The notes under the pieces: generated by a model
The model's database searches: none
Told to the model about the DNA's origin: nothing
The model's input: the letters and a program-made list of their open reading frames with translations, nothing else
Translations under genes and position numbers: made by a program
DNA from: Candidatus Poribacteria bacterium
GTDB lineage: Bacteria > Poribacteria > WGA-4E > WGA-3G
Assembly (NCBI GenBank): GCA_963665235.2
Contig: CAXXLX010000001.1
Location: 1,504,001-1,568,000 of the forward strand
Direction of reading: 5' to 3'
DNA length: 64,000 nucleotides
Shown here: piece after piece, positions 53,201-64,000 of the stretch
How the letters are laid out: each line of letters begins with the position of its first letter
How positions within the stretch are numbered: position 1 is the stretch's first letter

Positions 53201-53675
53201 AACCGCCGTACCGATTCAGATCGCCTTCGCCGAAGTAGTGTGTTTTGTTGACCTCAACCGTAACAGATTGGTGAATTTTTATCTGAAGATTAGAATCCAT
53301 GGGGAGGTCTATCCCTTTAGTATCGCGCTTGGGCCGCGGTTTCCAATCGTAGAGTTCGGAGAGATTACCGAGGTCGGGCGGATACTTCCATCTACGCAGC
53401 GTCTCCAAGTAGGGCAGCAACGACTGTCGACGTAAAGTCTCGTCCGAATCTGCAGCGGGGTCAGTTGGTTCTTCTGTCGTCGCCTCCGTTTCAGAATCGC
53501 GCTGCGTCCATATCGTCTGTTTCGGAAACGTGTAAAACGGTTCCGCAGATTTTTCCGGGGGGGGTGTTGGGATAGATTCCTCCTTGTCCGCGGTTAAGGC
53601 AGGTTCAGCAAAAACGTGAAAACCGAGGACAAGCAGGAATAGCAAATTATAAATAAATTTTCTATTTTGATTCAC
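47259..53675 (-). CDS. Large outer-membrane protein, SprA/Sov-like, with Gly/Tyr/Ser-rich inserts
   Basis: 2138 aa, signal peptide; GDITLNL...LFG, SETVRLNGRRLTRDTEY, EDLNGDGVLD...YF, VWVNE segments recall T9SS SprA; beta-strand-rich C-terminus. Confidence 0.7.
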   Translation of the reverse strand: MNQNRKFIYNLLFLLVLGFHVFAEPALTADKEESIPTPPPEKSAEPFYTFPKQTIWTQRDSETEATTEEPTDPAADSDETLRRQSLLPYLETLRRWKYPPDLGNLSELYDWKPRPKRDTKGIDLPMDSNLQIKIHQSVTVEVNKTHYFGEGDLNRYGGYGYSNYGGYSSGLDLGLTSSYGYEDFGYSSGFGGGYSSYDSGYGGYGGYSSYGSGIPRATGINIRQQQQIGLHGRVGERMHIAVDYNAGNTFGGGTGGYGGYGGGYSGYGLDGAKEQKIKIWYEGKPDSFIKTISFGDITLNLPNTRFLNINRNLFGLEGVFEYKNARLTAFGSRSKGVREVRTFRGQSRRASFGYGPRGIQIADANYVKNRFYLIQQGEDGLLHEAYLPIKSGSEEIYIDDSVVGNNQGGKRTSRGYFNPQFPGQDYNIDYETGEIEFLSPISSSYTIVVAYEYLGDGGGTVGAPGNVFADENGDGIIDEEGEELGYIVLKEDGFRGTEASHVYSLGNRNINPRDFQLTIVRQGESETFQTEEGLVPYLEIFGLDQNGDGNVDVEFIDYDRGLLRFPDFDPFEIKDPTHPYYEYRDSLNNAAIYFESIRNTDQVYTIIADYSYQSETYNVGLFVIPDSETVRLNGRRLTRDTEYLMVYEVGSIRFFTELDEFDEIVVEFERTPFGGASQQAVAGVWLEYTHKPKAKSQREQNLEDRFRRLGGLQITGTDVSDETIGGGDLDLPPIGGFPRAGGRFGGGFGQSSFGGGFGSSGYGSFGGFGGRSRIGQGYLGGYGGGTSYFNPVFQKDFTLSTGYILTTGQKQVEVPDVNSVPNRLQAFNVNSSFGKTFNMAWLLNPLPLISMQNFPLSIDFSGEAAYSHNNPNSIGVALIDSMEGARESATVPTLKYNWKPSSVPYIPDSPEENTNSLEYTPTQENRALFKVALKDKDDSEAVGNYMRNRDVPASSIQPLSLSTEERLIMEVGYDFTDVVEEWGGFALQLSKAGADYSERGLVEMWMRVQGDDDVTLLLNFGIVNEDTDADNYLDSEDLPQTLTDTNGDGNVDALDLDLENLPEALRHRGNGALDTGEDIGWMYDGAGEPIAVGADNQILDSEDLNGDGVLDKIDAYFQVAIPLNEIPNEWIKSTNNNGWTFLSIPISAFTPEGSRVPSLVFVQHCRFWLIKNRPGNVKGTFQWASIEIVGNKWERGIVTRALTDATGSLSDREVVQDTPERFIVGTKDNFNYDTYQSAYLEIEDNELFKKLHPFTATSLGFQTQQQREQTLSLEYYLFPDSHGITSKQLKGLTQSEGQDFSKHDTLRLWLYGDKSYTTFVLQLAPTVRTGYRSSFYSADPFVNQPQQEDVNVFENLTDYYEYTVPIDFEGWKLIEIDLRDQRKNEYPDAENTQAPFSDTQPDTNPPVISNGPDGHPDGFTIRGAGTQVSSSRLSIKNIGGILIGIRNDTEQEISGEVWVNEIHLGDPLVRAGWARRGDMSVSLGNLVRLRGGYASQDKDFESGTGEIGRQRLSSRGYSTTNNDFNINADVTLFSWLPIRYAIREQESETEAQRGSYSSFQSGKSETHNRDFSVRLNRNPLPNLGFAYNYQDFWNERQGTQISHLYTGTFQYDIGTKLGFSAQYRHEDILAKPETATDTTGTTSSYFSYGYGRNRDEKTDSGSITLNITPINIFSLNPSYDIRRTLERRDESRYTVSPNPSQGGETDVEDTAVPDFSMAEREHRLAFTPRLNRDLLGMRPTVTSRVSFRENWFSQQKNASLNGNVSLGVNIRIQKWFTWLLTEEKKREQVDERKATGQPTTDNQIQQLREKGIDEAQIQEIEENRSDWITRDKAELAQQLSPPTDNGGTIGQRAQQPPTPSQEGILHRILKSFTLNTNATFSATESYRQLESGLSIVDLWQLAPEATERSNSRRSNRYTVRSSVTPWRWATLGSNVITSNSFRKSLGSTYTSNAETYEADIKIKAQETSSFQLRYSFTTRQNANLQTTLSDSTAHTPSLSWNHSWGQETRTLLGIRTTLRNQERSGIESNALIITPNFSIDYRYRTEGGIRLPFIGRIPLKHDLELTNTLSWAIRREHYGANREERSERYETTFRAGYKISTYLTANLHLGISYNHDRVEEGRDFLSVASALTVRGDFE

Positions 53676-53808
53676 GGTTTTTGATTCATGGCCTCCGTTA
53701 ATAATGATAACGATTCTTCATTTTTTTAGAAGTATAACGGAAAAGTGGCGGGTAGGTTTACTTTTAGCAATCACCAATCATGAATCATCAATCCTGTTTT
53801 CGATTCTA

Positions 53809-55152
53809 TTAGGACAACCCTTCTAAAGAGCCGGTGCTGTCGCCTAATTGTGCTAAACCGACATCCATTCGATTCAGCATTGACAACCAGAGGTTGTTAA
53901 GCGGTGTCTCTTTCGGGTACTGGATATGCCGGCCGCTTTTAAGTGTCCCACACCCATTGCCAGCAAGTAGAATAGGTAGGTTGTCGTGGCTGTGTCGGTT
54001 GCCATCAGCGTTGCCACTGCCGTAGAGAACCATTGCGTGGTCAAGCAGTGAGGCATCCCCTTCGGGGGTCGCGTTAAGTTTCTCTAGGAAGTATGCCAAC
54101 TGCTGCGTGTGAAAGATATTAATTTTACGGATTTTCGCCTTCTTCGCCTCGTCACCACCGTGATGCGATAGGTTGTGATGACCCTCAGAAACGTTGATAA
54201 ACGGATATGGCTTATTACTGCCTTCGTTTGCCAGCACAAATGTGACAATTCGGGTTACATCTGTCTGAAATGCCAGGACAATCAGGTCCATCATGAGCCG
54301 AAGATGCTCCTGATAATCTGTGGGAATTTTCGCTGGTCCCGTATAGTCTGGACTTTCGATGTGCGGAAATTTTTCAGTGGCTTCTATTCTCTGTTCGATG
54401 TCGCGAATTGCGGAGAAGTACTCGTCAAGTTTACGCACGTCATTTCCACTTACCTGCCGGAGCAGGTCTTTTGAATCCTGCTGCACAAAATCGAGGATAC
54501 TTTTTCGTTGCTGGTCGCGTTGCACTTTTTCTGCGTCTGGCATCGTAGAAAAGAGCCGTTCAAAAGCGAGTTTTGGATTAATCAGTTTCGGGAGCGGTTG
54601 TGTGGCTGAACGCCAGGATAGCGTTGATGAATAGACGCAGCTATAACCAGAGTCGCAATTTCCTGATCTGTAACCCGGCTCAATTCCGAGTTCCAGCGAG
54701 GGTAACCGTGTGTGATTGCCGATACGGGAAGCGGCGGCTTGGTCAACAGAAATCCCAGCATGAATATCCGCACCGTCGGTTTTACGGGGCTGCGCGCCTG
54801 TTAAAAAGGCAGCCATGGCGCGGGCGTGGTCACCCCCACCGTCACCGTTCGCACGTGCCTTGTCAGCGGTGAGGCCGCTCAGCACTAACGTTTTATCTTT
54901 GACCTTCGCCAACGGTTTCAAAATGTCTGTGAGTTCATAGTTTGCGCCTACCTGCTTCGGTGTCCAATCCACCATATTCTTTCCGTTAGGGACATAAAGG
55001 AAAGCCATCCGATTCGGCGGAGCGGGCAGCCCACTTGTGGACGCATTCGCCCACGTTGTCAAGGGCCCCATTGTCTCAAGCCACGGGAGGGCAACACTGA
55101 CACCCAGTCCGCGTAAAAATGTTCTACGTGAAATTTGTTTTGATGCTTTCAA
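53809..55152 (-). CDS. DUF1552 family protein
   Basis: SRRTFLRG, YVPNG, ISVDQ, CDSGYSC.Y, HHNLSHH. Confidence 0.9.
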   Translation of the reverse strand: MKASKQISRRTFLRGLGVSVALPWLETMGPLTTWANASTSGLPAPPNRMAFLYVPNGKNMVDWTPKQVGANYELTDILKPLAKVKDKTLVLSGLTADKARANGDGGGDHARAMAAFLTGAQPRKTDGADIHAGISVDQAAASRIGNHTRLPSLELGIEPGYRSGNCDSGYSCVYSSTLSWRSATQPLPKLINPKLAFERLFSTMPDAEKVQRDQQRKSILDFVQQDSKDLLRQVSGNDVRKLDEYFSAIRDIEQRIEATEKFPHIESPDYTGPAKIPTDYQEHLRLMMDLIVLAFQTDVTRIVTFVLANEGSNKPYPFINVSEGHHNLSHHGGDEAKKAKIRKINIFHTQQLAYFLEKLNATPEGDASLLDHAMVLYGSGNADGNRHSHDNLPILLAGNGCGTLKSGRHIQYPKETPLNNLWLSMLNRMDVGLAQLGDSTGSLEGLS

Positions 55153-55178
55153 GGATTTTTTTCTCCGATATATAGTTT

Positions 55179-55200
55179 TACTAAACTTTGGACAATTTTA
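55179..55200. mobile_element. Solo end of the IS at 34691-36099
   Basis: TACTAAACTTTGGACAATTTTA equals the reverse complement of 36077-36098. Confidence 0.7.
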
Positions 55201-55361
55201 GAGTTTCGATTTGCGTTGTTTTCTATAAACATATCGCGATTAGCGATTAGCAATTGGCGATTGGCAATTGGCAAGATGTTGTGATTCTAATTAGGTTTAT
55301 GACGCGCGTCAAAAACCTCTTTCTCTTGCTAACAGCCAATAGCCAACAGCCATTTCCGAGA

Positions 55362-57563
<2,202 letters not shown>

Positions 57564-57666
57564 CTAGTGCCTGTCAAATTTCATGCTTGTATAGTAAAAA
57601 GGATAACAGATTTAGGAAAAAAATGTCAAGTCAAAAATCGGTTCACCTTCCACTTTTTTATATTCC

Positions 57667-58680
57667 TCAAGGTGCCATATAACGTTCACCGTACGTGAGC
57701 ATGATCCGATTTTGAATAAATTCGTATTTCGCAGGTGAACAGGCATGCAGTTTATCCGGATACACCAGGTAATATCCGAGACTTTCCGCCATATCCTCGT
57801 TAGGGTTTTTGTCATGAGCGTAATCTGTCACAAATTCTTTCCGGGGTTTCGTTGTTGACCATCCCGAATCGCTATCCGGGTTTTCATACCATCCGCCAAG
57901 TTGCATCCAGTCCTGTTTAAGTTGTTCGGGAAAAAGATACGCCCACAAAAAGTGCGCCTTTTCGTGTGCAATTAAACGGCGCGTATCGTTTGAATCGTGC
58001 CCCCCGAAGATAGAGTCGGCAAGCTCAATATACCCCTCACTCGTCCAGGCTACGCCCGGTGCTGTGATATTAGCGGATTTACGGACGATATACTTCAATT
58101 GCGGTATTTTATGTAAGGCTTTCGGGAACTCTTCAAGTATAGAGATAAGCGTTATCAGGTCTTCGTTTTCAAATTCCGAAAAATTTTCCGCCGCCTCCTT
58201 TATGGCATGGGCAGGAACATCTATATGAATGCCGTACCGCTCTTGCAAGATTAATTTTAGGGCATCTCTATTCGTCCCATTTTCTGTCAAGAATTGAACG
58301 ATGGCATAATATAGGCGTTTGTCCGGGCCTGATACGGTTTGTGCCCCTTCAATTGGAAAAATATCTGTCCGTATCGTAACGAAATTTAGACCATTTTGAA
58401 ATTTAATTTCAAAGTCATTCGGCAAATCCTCGCGACTTGAGTGCCATATAGAGGGGGCTATATTGAGTTCCTGCAATTGCCCTATACTGCCAAAGATTTT
58501 TAAAAGTTTCTGGGCATGCTCTGTGGACCAGGTAGAATCCAGATGGACATCGTACTTTTCTTGTAGTTGCGAAATCGGGTCAGCTTTTCGTGTTTTAAAA
58601 TGTTTTTGAAAATAGGCGGTATAGCAGCCTATTTGCAAAATGAACACGGCAAAGAGAACGATAATCACAGGTTTTTTCAC
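57667..58680 (-). CDS. Lipoprotein with HEXXH zinc-peptidase-like motif
   Basis: QIGC lipobox; IAHEKAH; DYA...PNEDMAES. Confidence 0.7.
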   Translation of the reverse strand: MKKPVIIVLFAVFILQIGCYTAYFQKHFKTRKADPISQLQEKYDVHLDSTWSTEHAQKLLKIFGSIGQLQELNIAPSIWHSSREDLPNDFEIKFQNGLNFVTIRTDIFPIEGAQTVSGPDKRLYYAIVQFLTENGTNRDALKLILQERYGIHIDVPAHAIKEAAENFSEFENEDLITLISILEEFPKALHKIPQLKYIVRKSANITAPGVAWTSEGYIELADSIFGGHDSNDTRRLIAHEKAHFLWAYLFPEQLKQDWMQLGGWYENPDSDSGWSTTKPRKEFVTDYAHDKNPNEDMAESLGYYLVYPDKLHACSPAKYEFIQNRIMLTYGERYMAP

Positions 58681-58683
58681 ACG

Positions 58684-61101
58684 CTACTCCTTTTTACCTT
58701 GCTGCAACCGAAACGGCTCGCTTTTGACAATTTCTGTAATGAGCACAGTGCTGCTATACTCTTTCGCCTCGAGTTCATCGACAATCCGCTCGACCGTCGG
58801 CCGGTCGTAATATGCTAATCCTCTGCCGAGGGCGTAAGTTAGCATTTTCTCGGTTAGACATTTTGCAAAGTGCTGCTTTCTATCTTTGAGAATCTGTTTT
58901 AGGTCGGTTATACCCTGAAATGATGTGCCATCTGGCAGTTCTCCAGTTGTATCGAGTAGGAGCTCCCCCTCCTTTGTTCGGAATGCCCCGATAGCGTTGT
59001 AGTTTTCAAGTGCGAATCCAATCGGGTCCATTTTGGCGTGGCAGTTCGCACATGCGGGGTCTTTTCGATGTTGTTCGAGTCGTTGCCGCAAGGTCTTTCC
59101 GCTGATTGCCTCATGTTCCTCCGCTAATTCTGGGACGTTCGGGGGTGGAAGTGGCGGCGGTGAACCGAGTATCTGTTCAAGCACCCAACGACCACGTTTG
59201 ACAGGTGAGGTCCGGGTCGGATTGGAGGTTACTGTGAGCACACTCCCGTGCGTTAAGATACCGCCGCGTGTTGCATTTCCTAACGCAACCCGCTGAAAAC
59301 CGTTCCCCTGGACTTTGTTCCCATTTATGTCCTTGTAGATGCCGTAATGCCTTGCTAAGGGTTGATTGAGAAAGGTGTAGTCTGCATCGAGCAGCGTAAG
59401 AATGCTCCCGTTTCCACGAAAGATTGAATCTAAAAAGAGTTCGGTTTCCTTCAACATCGCTTGACGCAGTTTCGGGGTGAAAGTTGGAAACTGTTGAAGG
59501 TCGGGGGCAACCGTTGTAAGACGTTGAATCTGTAACCACTGCGTTCCGAAGTTACGTGCTAATTCTGTCGCTTTGGGGTCCGCGAGCATCCGCTTAACTT
59601 GCGCCTCAAGGTTGACAGTCAGCTGCTTTTCCTCAGCGAGTGCGAAGAGTTCATCGTCCGGCATACTGCTCCACAAAAAGTAGGAGAGCCGGGAGGCGAG
59701 CTGAAATTCATCAAGCGGGTAAGGATTACGGCCTTGGGCTCGGTCATCTAATTCCCATCGAAAGAGAAATTTAGGGGAGCAGAGAACGATTTTAAGTGCT
59801 TGTTGAATCCCTGCTTCCCACTTTTCACCATCGGCCTGGACGCTCTCTACAAATTGTGCAAGTTTTTCCACTTCAGCTTCACTGGGCGGCCTGCGATATG
59901 CGCGGCGAAGCAGACGCGTCAACACTTCACGGGTCTGTGCTGCCTGTGGGATATTCGGCGTACATGCCAAAATTTTGCGTTGAGAGACGGGACGGGTGTC
60001 TAGCGGCCCCTCTGACCATAGCAAGCGAATCATGAGCTTGGCTTCGGGTTCACCTTGTGCAGGTTTAACCATCGCTATTCCTGCCTTTTCGACGTTAGGG
60101 ATACGGCTGACAAGGGTTTCAATCGTCTGCGGTTTTTTCGGGTCGCGGGCGGTAATCTCGAACGTCTCCAAAATTTTGATTCTGTTATCTGCTGTGGGGT
60201 CAACGCCGACAAGCTGTGCAAGTTCATCAGGTGTAGAAACCGCTGCTAACGTTTTTCCCTGAACGAATAGTGCCGCCTTCACAGGCGTTTGACGCTCCGT
60301 TTCGGCATAAAGGGTTGCCCGGTATAAAATCTCTATATCGGGGAGAAACCTGAGATGCGCTGCACCTGTCGTAAACGGTCCTGTTTTCCAAGGCTCTTCG
60401 GCACCTGGGTCAAGCAGGCGAAAACGGTTCGGGGGTACGTCTCTGTGACGGGGGTCAAGCCGTTGTCCTCTCTGATACCGCCTAGCTGGCGGCGGCGGCT
60501 CCACAAGGATAACCCGTTCAGCGATTGCCTCCGCTGCTTCTAAATAACGTTCCATCAACAGCGGGGACATCGTCAGCACATCGCCGATGTTATCAAACCC
60601 ATGCCCTATATCGTCAGCAGGAAAATTTACAGTCGGATCGAAATCAACGTAGAGTAGGTCTCGGACGGTGTTTTTGTATTCAACTTTATTGAGCCGGCGT
60701 ACCGTAACTCGCCCCGGTTCAGGTTTAGCTGTCCGCGCTGCGTTTTCAAAAATCGCTTCAACATGCCCGACAAACGTTTCGCGCTCTGCCATAGAGGGTT
60801 GTGTGCTATCTGATGGCGGCATCTGATTTGTCGTTAGCATATCCAAAACGTTTTCCCAAATATCGTGATGCTTGATTATGGAGAGGTCATCCGGAAATGC
60901 GTCAAGTGAAAGTTCAGCGGCGGGCTCCTCACCGGCGTGGCATCCGAAGCAGTACTGTTTCAAAAAAGGAACGTCTACTTTCGCAAAGTCGGGGGGCTCC
61001 CGACCTGATAGGTTGGGGACAGATGCAATAAACACCAGCATCAGGAGCAGACAGAGATGTTGTGGGATGTAATTACGTGCGGTCATCGTTATTTTTCCCA
61101 A
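58684..61101 (-). CDS. DUF1592/PSD-domain cytochrome c protein (start may be 61086)
   Basis: CFGCH, RRLNKVEY.NTVRDL, LASRLSYFLW, TSPVKRG, CANCH. Confidence 0.9.
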   Translation of the reverse strand: MGKITMTARNYIPQHLCLLLMLVFIASVPNLSGREPPDFAKVDVPFLKQYCFGCHAGEEPAAELSLDAFPDDLSIIKHHDIWENVLDMLTTNQMPPSDSTQPSMAERETFVGHVEAIFENAARTAKPEPGRVTVRRLNKVEYKNTVRDLLYVDFDPTVNFPADDIGHGFDNIGDVLTMSPLLMERYLEAAEAIAERVILVEPPPPARRYQRGQRLDPRHRDVPPNRFRLLDPGAEEPWKTGPFTTGAAHLRFLPDIEILYRATLYAETERQTPVKAALFVQGKTLAAVSTPDELAQLVGVDPTADNRIKILETFEITARDPKKPQTIETLVSRIPNVEKAGIAMVKPAQGEPEAKLMIRLLWSEGPLDTRPVSQRKILACTPNIPQAAQTREVLTRLLRRAYRRPPSEAEVEKLAQFVESVQADGEKWEAGIQQALKIVLCSPKFLFRWELDDRAQGRNPYPLDEFQLASRLSYFLWSSMPDDELFALAEEKQLTVNLEAQVKRMLADPKATELARNFGTQWLQIQRLTTVAPDLQQFPTFTPKLRQAMLKETELFLDSIFRGNGSILTLLDADYTFLNQPLARHYGIYKDINGNKVQGNGFQRVALGNATRGGILTHGSVLTVTSNPTRTSPVKRGRWVLEQILGSPPPLPPPNVPELAEEHEAISGKTLRQRLEQHRKDPACANCHAKMDPIGFALENYNAIGAFRTKEGELLLDTTGELPDGTSFQGITDLKQILKDRKQHFAKCLTEKMLTYALGRGLAYYDRPTVERIVDELEAKEYSSTVLITEIVKSEPFRLQQGKKE

Positions 61102-61936
61102 GCTGCAGAGCGTTGGGGTTTTTGCTAATGTTGTGTTTTTTAGGATTACATTTTAAAATGATACCACAGAATCTTGCGAAAGTCAAGTGAAAATTTGGGG
61201 GTTAGAGTGAGATGTTAAAGTTTTTGTCACATGGATAGGTGGAAGGGTGGAAGATTGGAAGAGGGGAAGCGAAAAAAATTGTCTGAATTACGGATTAGCG
61301 CGGAAAACGCATAAAATGAAAAAAATCGCAAAAAAATTTGACATTTATGATTTGACATTTATGCAAATCTGTGGTACACTTAATGACATAAAACAAACGC
61401 GATTCGACCTTGAGATGTTGTGATGCTAAGCAGGTTTTTGACCTGCGCCAGAGACCTCTTGCCCACGGTTTCCAACAGCCGCTTTGGCAAAGAGCAAAGA
61501 GGCGAACAACAAGATGTTGTGATGCTAAGCGATTTTTTGACCTGCGCCAGAGCCTTCTTGCCAACAGCCAATAGCCAACAGCCAATAGCCAATGACACAT
61601 GTGCTTTCCCGTTTGAAGGGAATGTGAAATGGCGAATGGCGAATGGCGAATGGCAAATAGCAAGAAAACCCTCCTACCAAACAGGCGGGTGTTGTCCAAG
61701 TTCGCGATACTTTCGATTGGAATGATAGCAACGGGTAAAGTTTTACAACAAACCCTCTTGCCAATAGCCAATTGCTAACTGCTAATAGCCAATACCACTT
61801 GTGCTTTCCCGTTTGAAGGGAATGCGAAATCGCGAATGGCGATTAGCAAATAGCAAGAAAACCCCTGGGAAGTAGAGGCGTGCTGTAAAAGTTCGCGCTA
61901 TTTTCGCTTGGAAGGATAGGAGGGGTTATATTGTTA

Positions 61937-62308
61937 TACCATTTCTAATTGAAAATGTCTCTTTGTAGTAGCATAAACTTCCAGTTTGTGCACTTCTTCG
62001 TAGCATAAACTTCCAGTTTGTGCACTTCTTCGTAGCATAAACTTCCAGTTTGTGCACTTCTTCGTAGCATAAACTTCCAGTTTGTGCACTTCTTCGTAGC
62101 ATAAACTTCCAGTTTGTGCACTTCTTCGTAGCATAAACTTCCAGTTTGTGCACTTCTTCGTAGCATAAACTTCCAGTTTGTGCACTTCTTCGTAGCATAA
62201 ACTTCCAGTTTGTGCACTTCTTCGTAGCATAAACTTTTAGTTTGGGTCTTCCGTTCTCCGTTTCATTTCTAACAACCGGTAATGATAGAATAATTAATAA
62301 AAATGGTA
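61937..62308 (+). mobile_element. MITE-A copy 4 (TTA TSD, 9 cores)
   Basis: TTA-TACCATTT...AAATGGTA-TTA; eight identical units GTAGCATAAACTTCCAGTTTGTGCACTTCTTC plus terminal core. Confidence 0.92.
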
Positions 62309-62500
62309 TTAGAACACCCCCTCTTGCCAATTTGCTAATTGCCAAGGAGATTGTTCCGCATCTTAAAATCCGCGAAATCCGTGTCCTTCGCGATAATCCC
62401 CGATTCAGACAACACACACTCGTGTCCTCCGCGCTAATCCGCGATTCAGCAATACACACGCCAAACCTACCCTTCCCCTCTTCCAGCCTTCCCTCTATCA

Positions 62501-62900
62501 TATCGTGTAATGTATCGCGTGCACAGCACGCTCCTACAGAAATCGTGTAATGTATCGCGTGCACAGCACGCTCCTACAGAAATCGTGTAATGTATCGCGT
62601 GCACAGCACGCTCCTACAGAAATCGTGTAATGTATCGCGTGCACAGCACGCTCCTACAGAAATCGTGTAATGTATCGCGTGCACAGCACGCTCCTACAGA
62701 AATCGTGTAATGTATCGCGTGCACAGCACGCTCCTACAGAAATCGTGTAATGTATCGCGTGCACAGCACGCTCCTACAGAAATCGTGTAATGTATCGCGT
62801 GCACAGCACGCTCCTACAGAAATCGTGTAATGTATCGCGTGCACAGCACGCTCCTACAGAAATCGTGTAATGTATCGCGTGCACAGCACGCTCCTACAGA
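62501..62900. repeat. 10 x 40-bp tandem repeat of a GTAG-type REP
   Basis: AATCGTGTAATGTATCGCGTGCACAGCACGCTCCTACAGA; related monomers at ~42595-42619 and ~47135-47158. Confidence 0.95.
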
Positions 62901-63109
62901 AGAGGATGGACATATATATAAAGTGAATCTGTCCAACTAAATGGCCCTGGGGTTTGGGATGAGGGGAACACGGTGGAAAGACTATGAGATTTGGTCTACA
63001 CATATCGCCCTGTTGGGGCTAGGAGGGGGACGTTGTGCGATTCTATAAACATAACACCCATACTGGGCTAAGGGGGCGTGTGTTTCTACCCTCCTCAAAA
63101 AAACTAAAC

Positions 63110-64000
63110 CTAGTTTTCCGTGTCGATTACGGTCCGGTAAGCGTGCTCCCGTAGCTCCGCTACAATGCCTAAAACACCATCGTAGCTATCACACGTAACC
63201 AGACGGTAACGGAAAGGTTTGACGTGAGGGATACCCTTAAAATAATTACTGTAATGTCGCCGCATCTCAATAAGTCCGAGTTTCAAACCTTTCCAGTCAA
63301 TAGAGAAATCCAGATGTTTTCTAAAAACGGCAATCCGTTCGTCTATTGAAGGCGGAGGGAGCAATTCACCTGTTGCGAAATAGTGCTTTATCTCGTTGAA
63401 AATCCACGGGTATCCAATTGCTGCCCGGCCAATCATGATGCCATCCACGCCGTATTGTTGACGCATCTGCGCTGCTTTTTGGGGACTATCCACATCGCCG
63501 TTGCCGAAAACGGGGATGGTCATGCGTGGATTATCCTTAATCCTGCCGATGAGTGTCCAGTCTGCACTGCCCTTATACATCTGTCGGCGCGTCCTGCCGT
63601 GAATTGCGATGGCACGGATACCGACATCCTGGAGTCGTTCTGCGACTTCAACGATATATTTCGTATTTTCATCCCACCCGAGACGTGTTTTGACAGTAAC
63701 AGGCAGGGTTGTGGCTTTCACCATCTCGGCAGTCATCTTAACCATCTTGGGTATATCCTGCAAGATGCCCGCGCCCGCGCCTTTACACGTGACCTTTTTC
63801 ACGGGACACCCGTAGTTAATATCAATGATATCCGGTTGAACCCGTTCGGTGATTTCAACAGATTCGCGCATCACCTCAATATTGTGTCCGAAAATTTGGA
63901 TACCGATAGGTCTTTCCACTTCAAAGATATCTAACTTAGCGACGCTCTGTGCAGCATTTCGGATGAGTGCTTCAGAGGAGATGAACTCGGTGTACATCAG
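63110..64000 (-). CDS. dusB: tRNA-dihydrouridine synthase DusB, 5' end outside window
   Basis: YTEFISS, IDINYGCP, KTRLGWD, IHGRT, GNGD, MIGR. Confidence 0.92.
   Translation of the reverse strand: MMYTEFISSEALIRNAAQSVAKLDIFEVERPIGIQIFGHNIEVMRESVEITERVQPDIIDINYGCPVKKVTCKGAGAGILQDIPKMVKMTAEMVKATTLPVTVKTRLGWDENTKYIVEVAERLQDVGIRAIAIHGRTRRQMYKGSADWTLIGRIKDNPRMTIPVFGNGDVDSPQKAAQMRQQYGVDGIMIGRAAIGYPWIFNEIKHYFATGELLPPPSIDERIAVFRKHLDFSIDWKGLKLGLIEMRRHYSNYFKGIPHVKPFRYRLVTCDSYDGVLGIVAELREHAYRTVIDTEN

Noticed and set aside
61926-62564. ORFs encoding KLEVYATKKCTNWKFMLR repeats
   Set aside because: Open in three frames only because the 32-bp unit lacks stops on that strand; no RBS
61968-62900. CRISPR array (also 23211-23480, 42939-43212)
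   Set aside because: Segments between cores are short (up to ~9 bp) and repeated rather than unique spacers, the 40-bp units are identical, and no cas genes are present

Overview
Bacterial chromosomal window. Abundant Gfo/Idh/MocA, PhyH-like, WD40, TPR and DUF1592/DUF1552 genes suggest a Ca. Poribacteria-like, possibly sponge-associated genome (inference from gene content only). About 45 genes, including a sulfite reductase-HEPN-TusA fusion with moeB (split by a toxin-antitoxin patch), a Rieske/cytochrome b pair with a fused b562-like domain, two paralogous WD40 + TPR-lipoprotein cassettes, a sensor kinase with a PorX-like REC-PglZ regulator, RNase G/E, GH2, a 2138-aa SprA-like protein, katG and dusB. 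The most unusual signal is non-coding: at least eight families of small non-autonomous TIR elements with distinct target duplications (TWA, TA, 5, 8, 9 bp), often nested and mostly loaded with hairpin repeats. MITE-A (TACCATTT ends) carries a 32-bp REP-like tandem array; three copies have exactly nine units but each has its own linker variant. Three TPR/WD40 genes are interrupted by insertions whose exact removal restores the frame. A Mutator-like family (9-bp TSD) ends 9-17 bp upstream of sigma70 -35 boxes, and its one complete copy carries three ~200-bp repeats with an 11-6-11 palindrome. No rRNA, tRNA or CRISPR-Cas seen. All protein calls are motif recognition by eye, not database searches.
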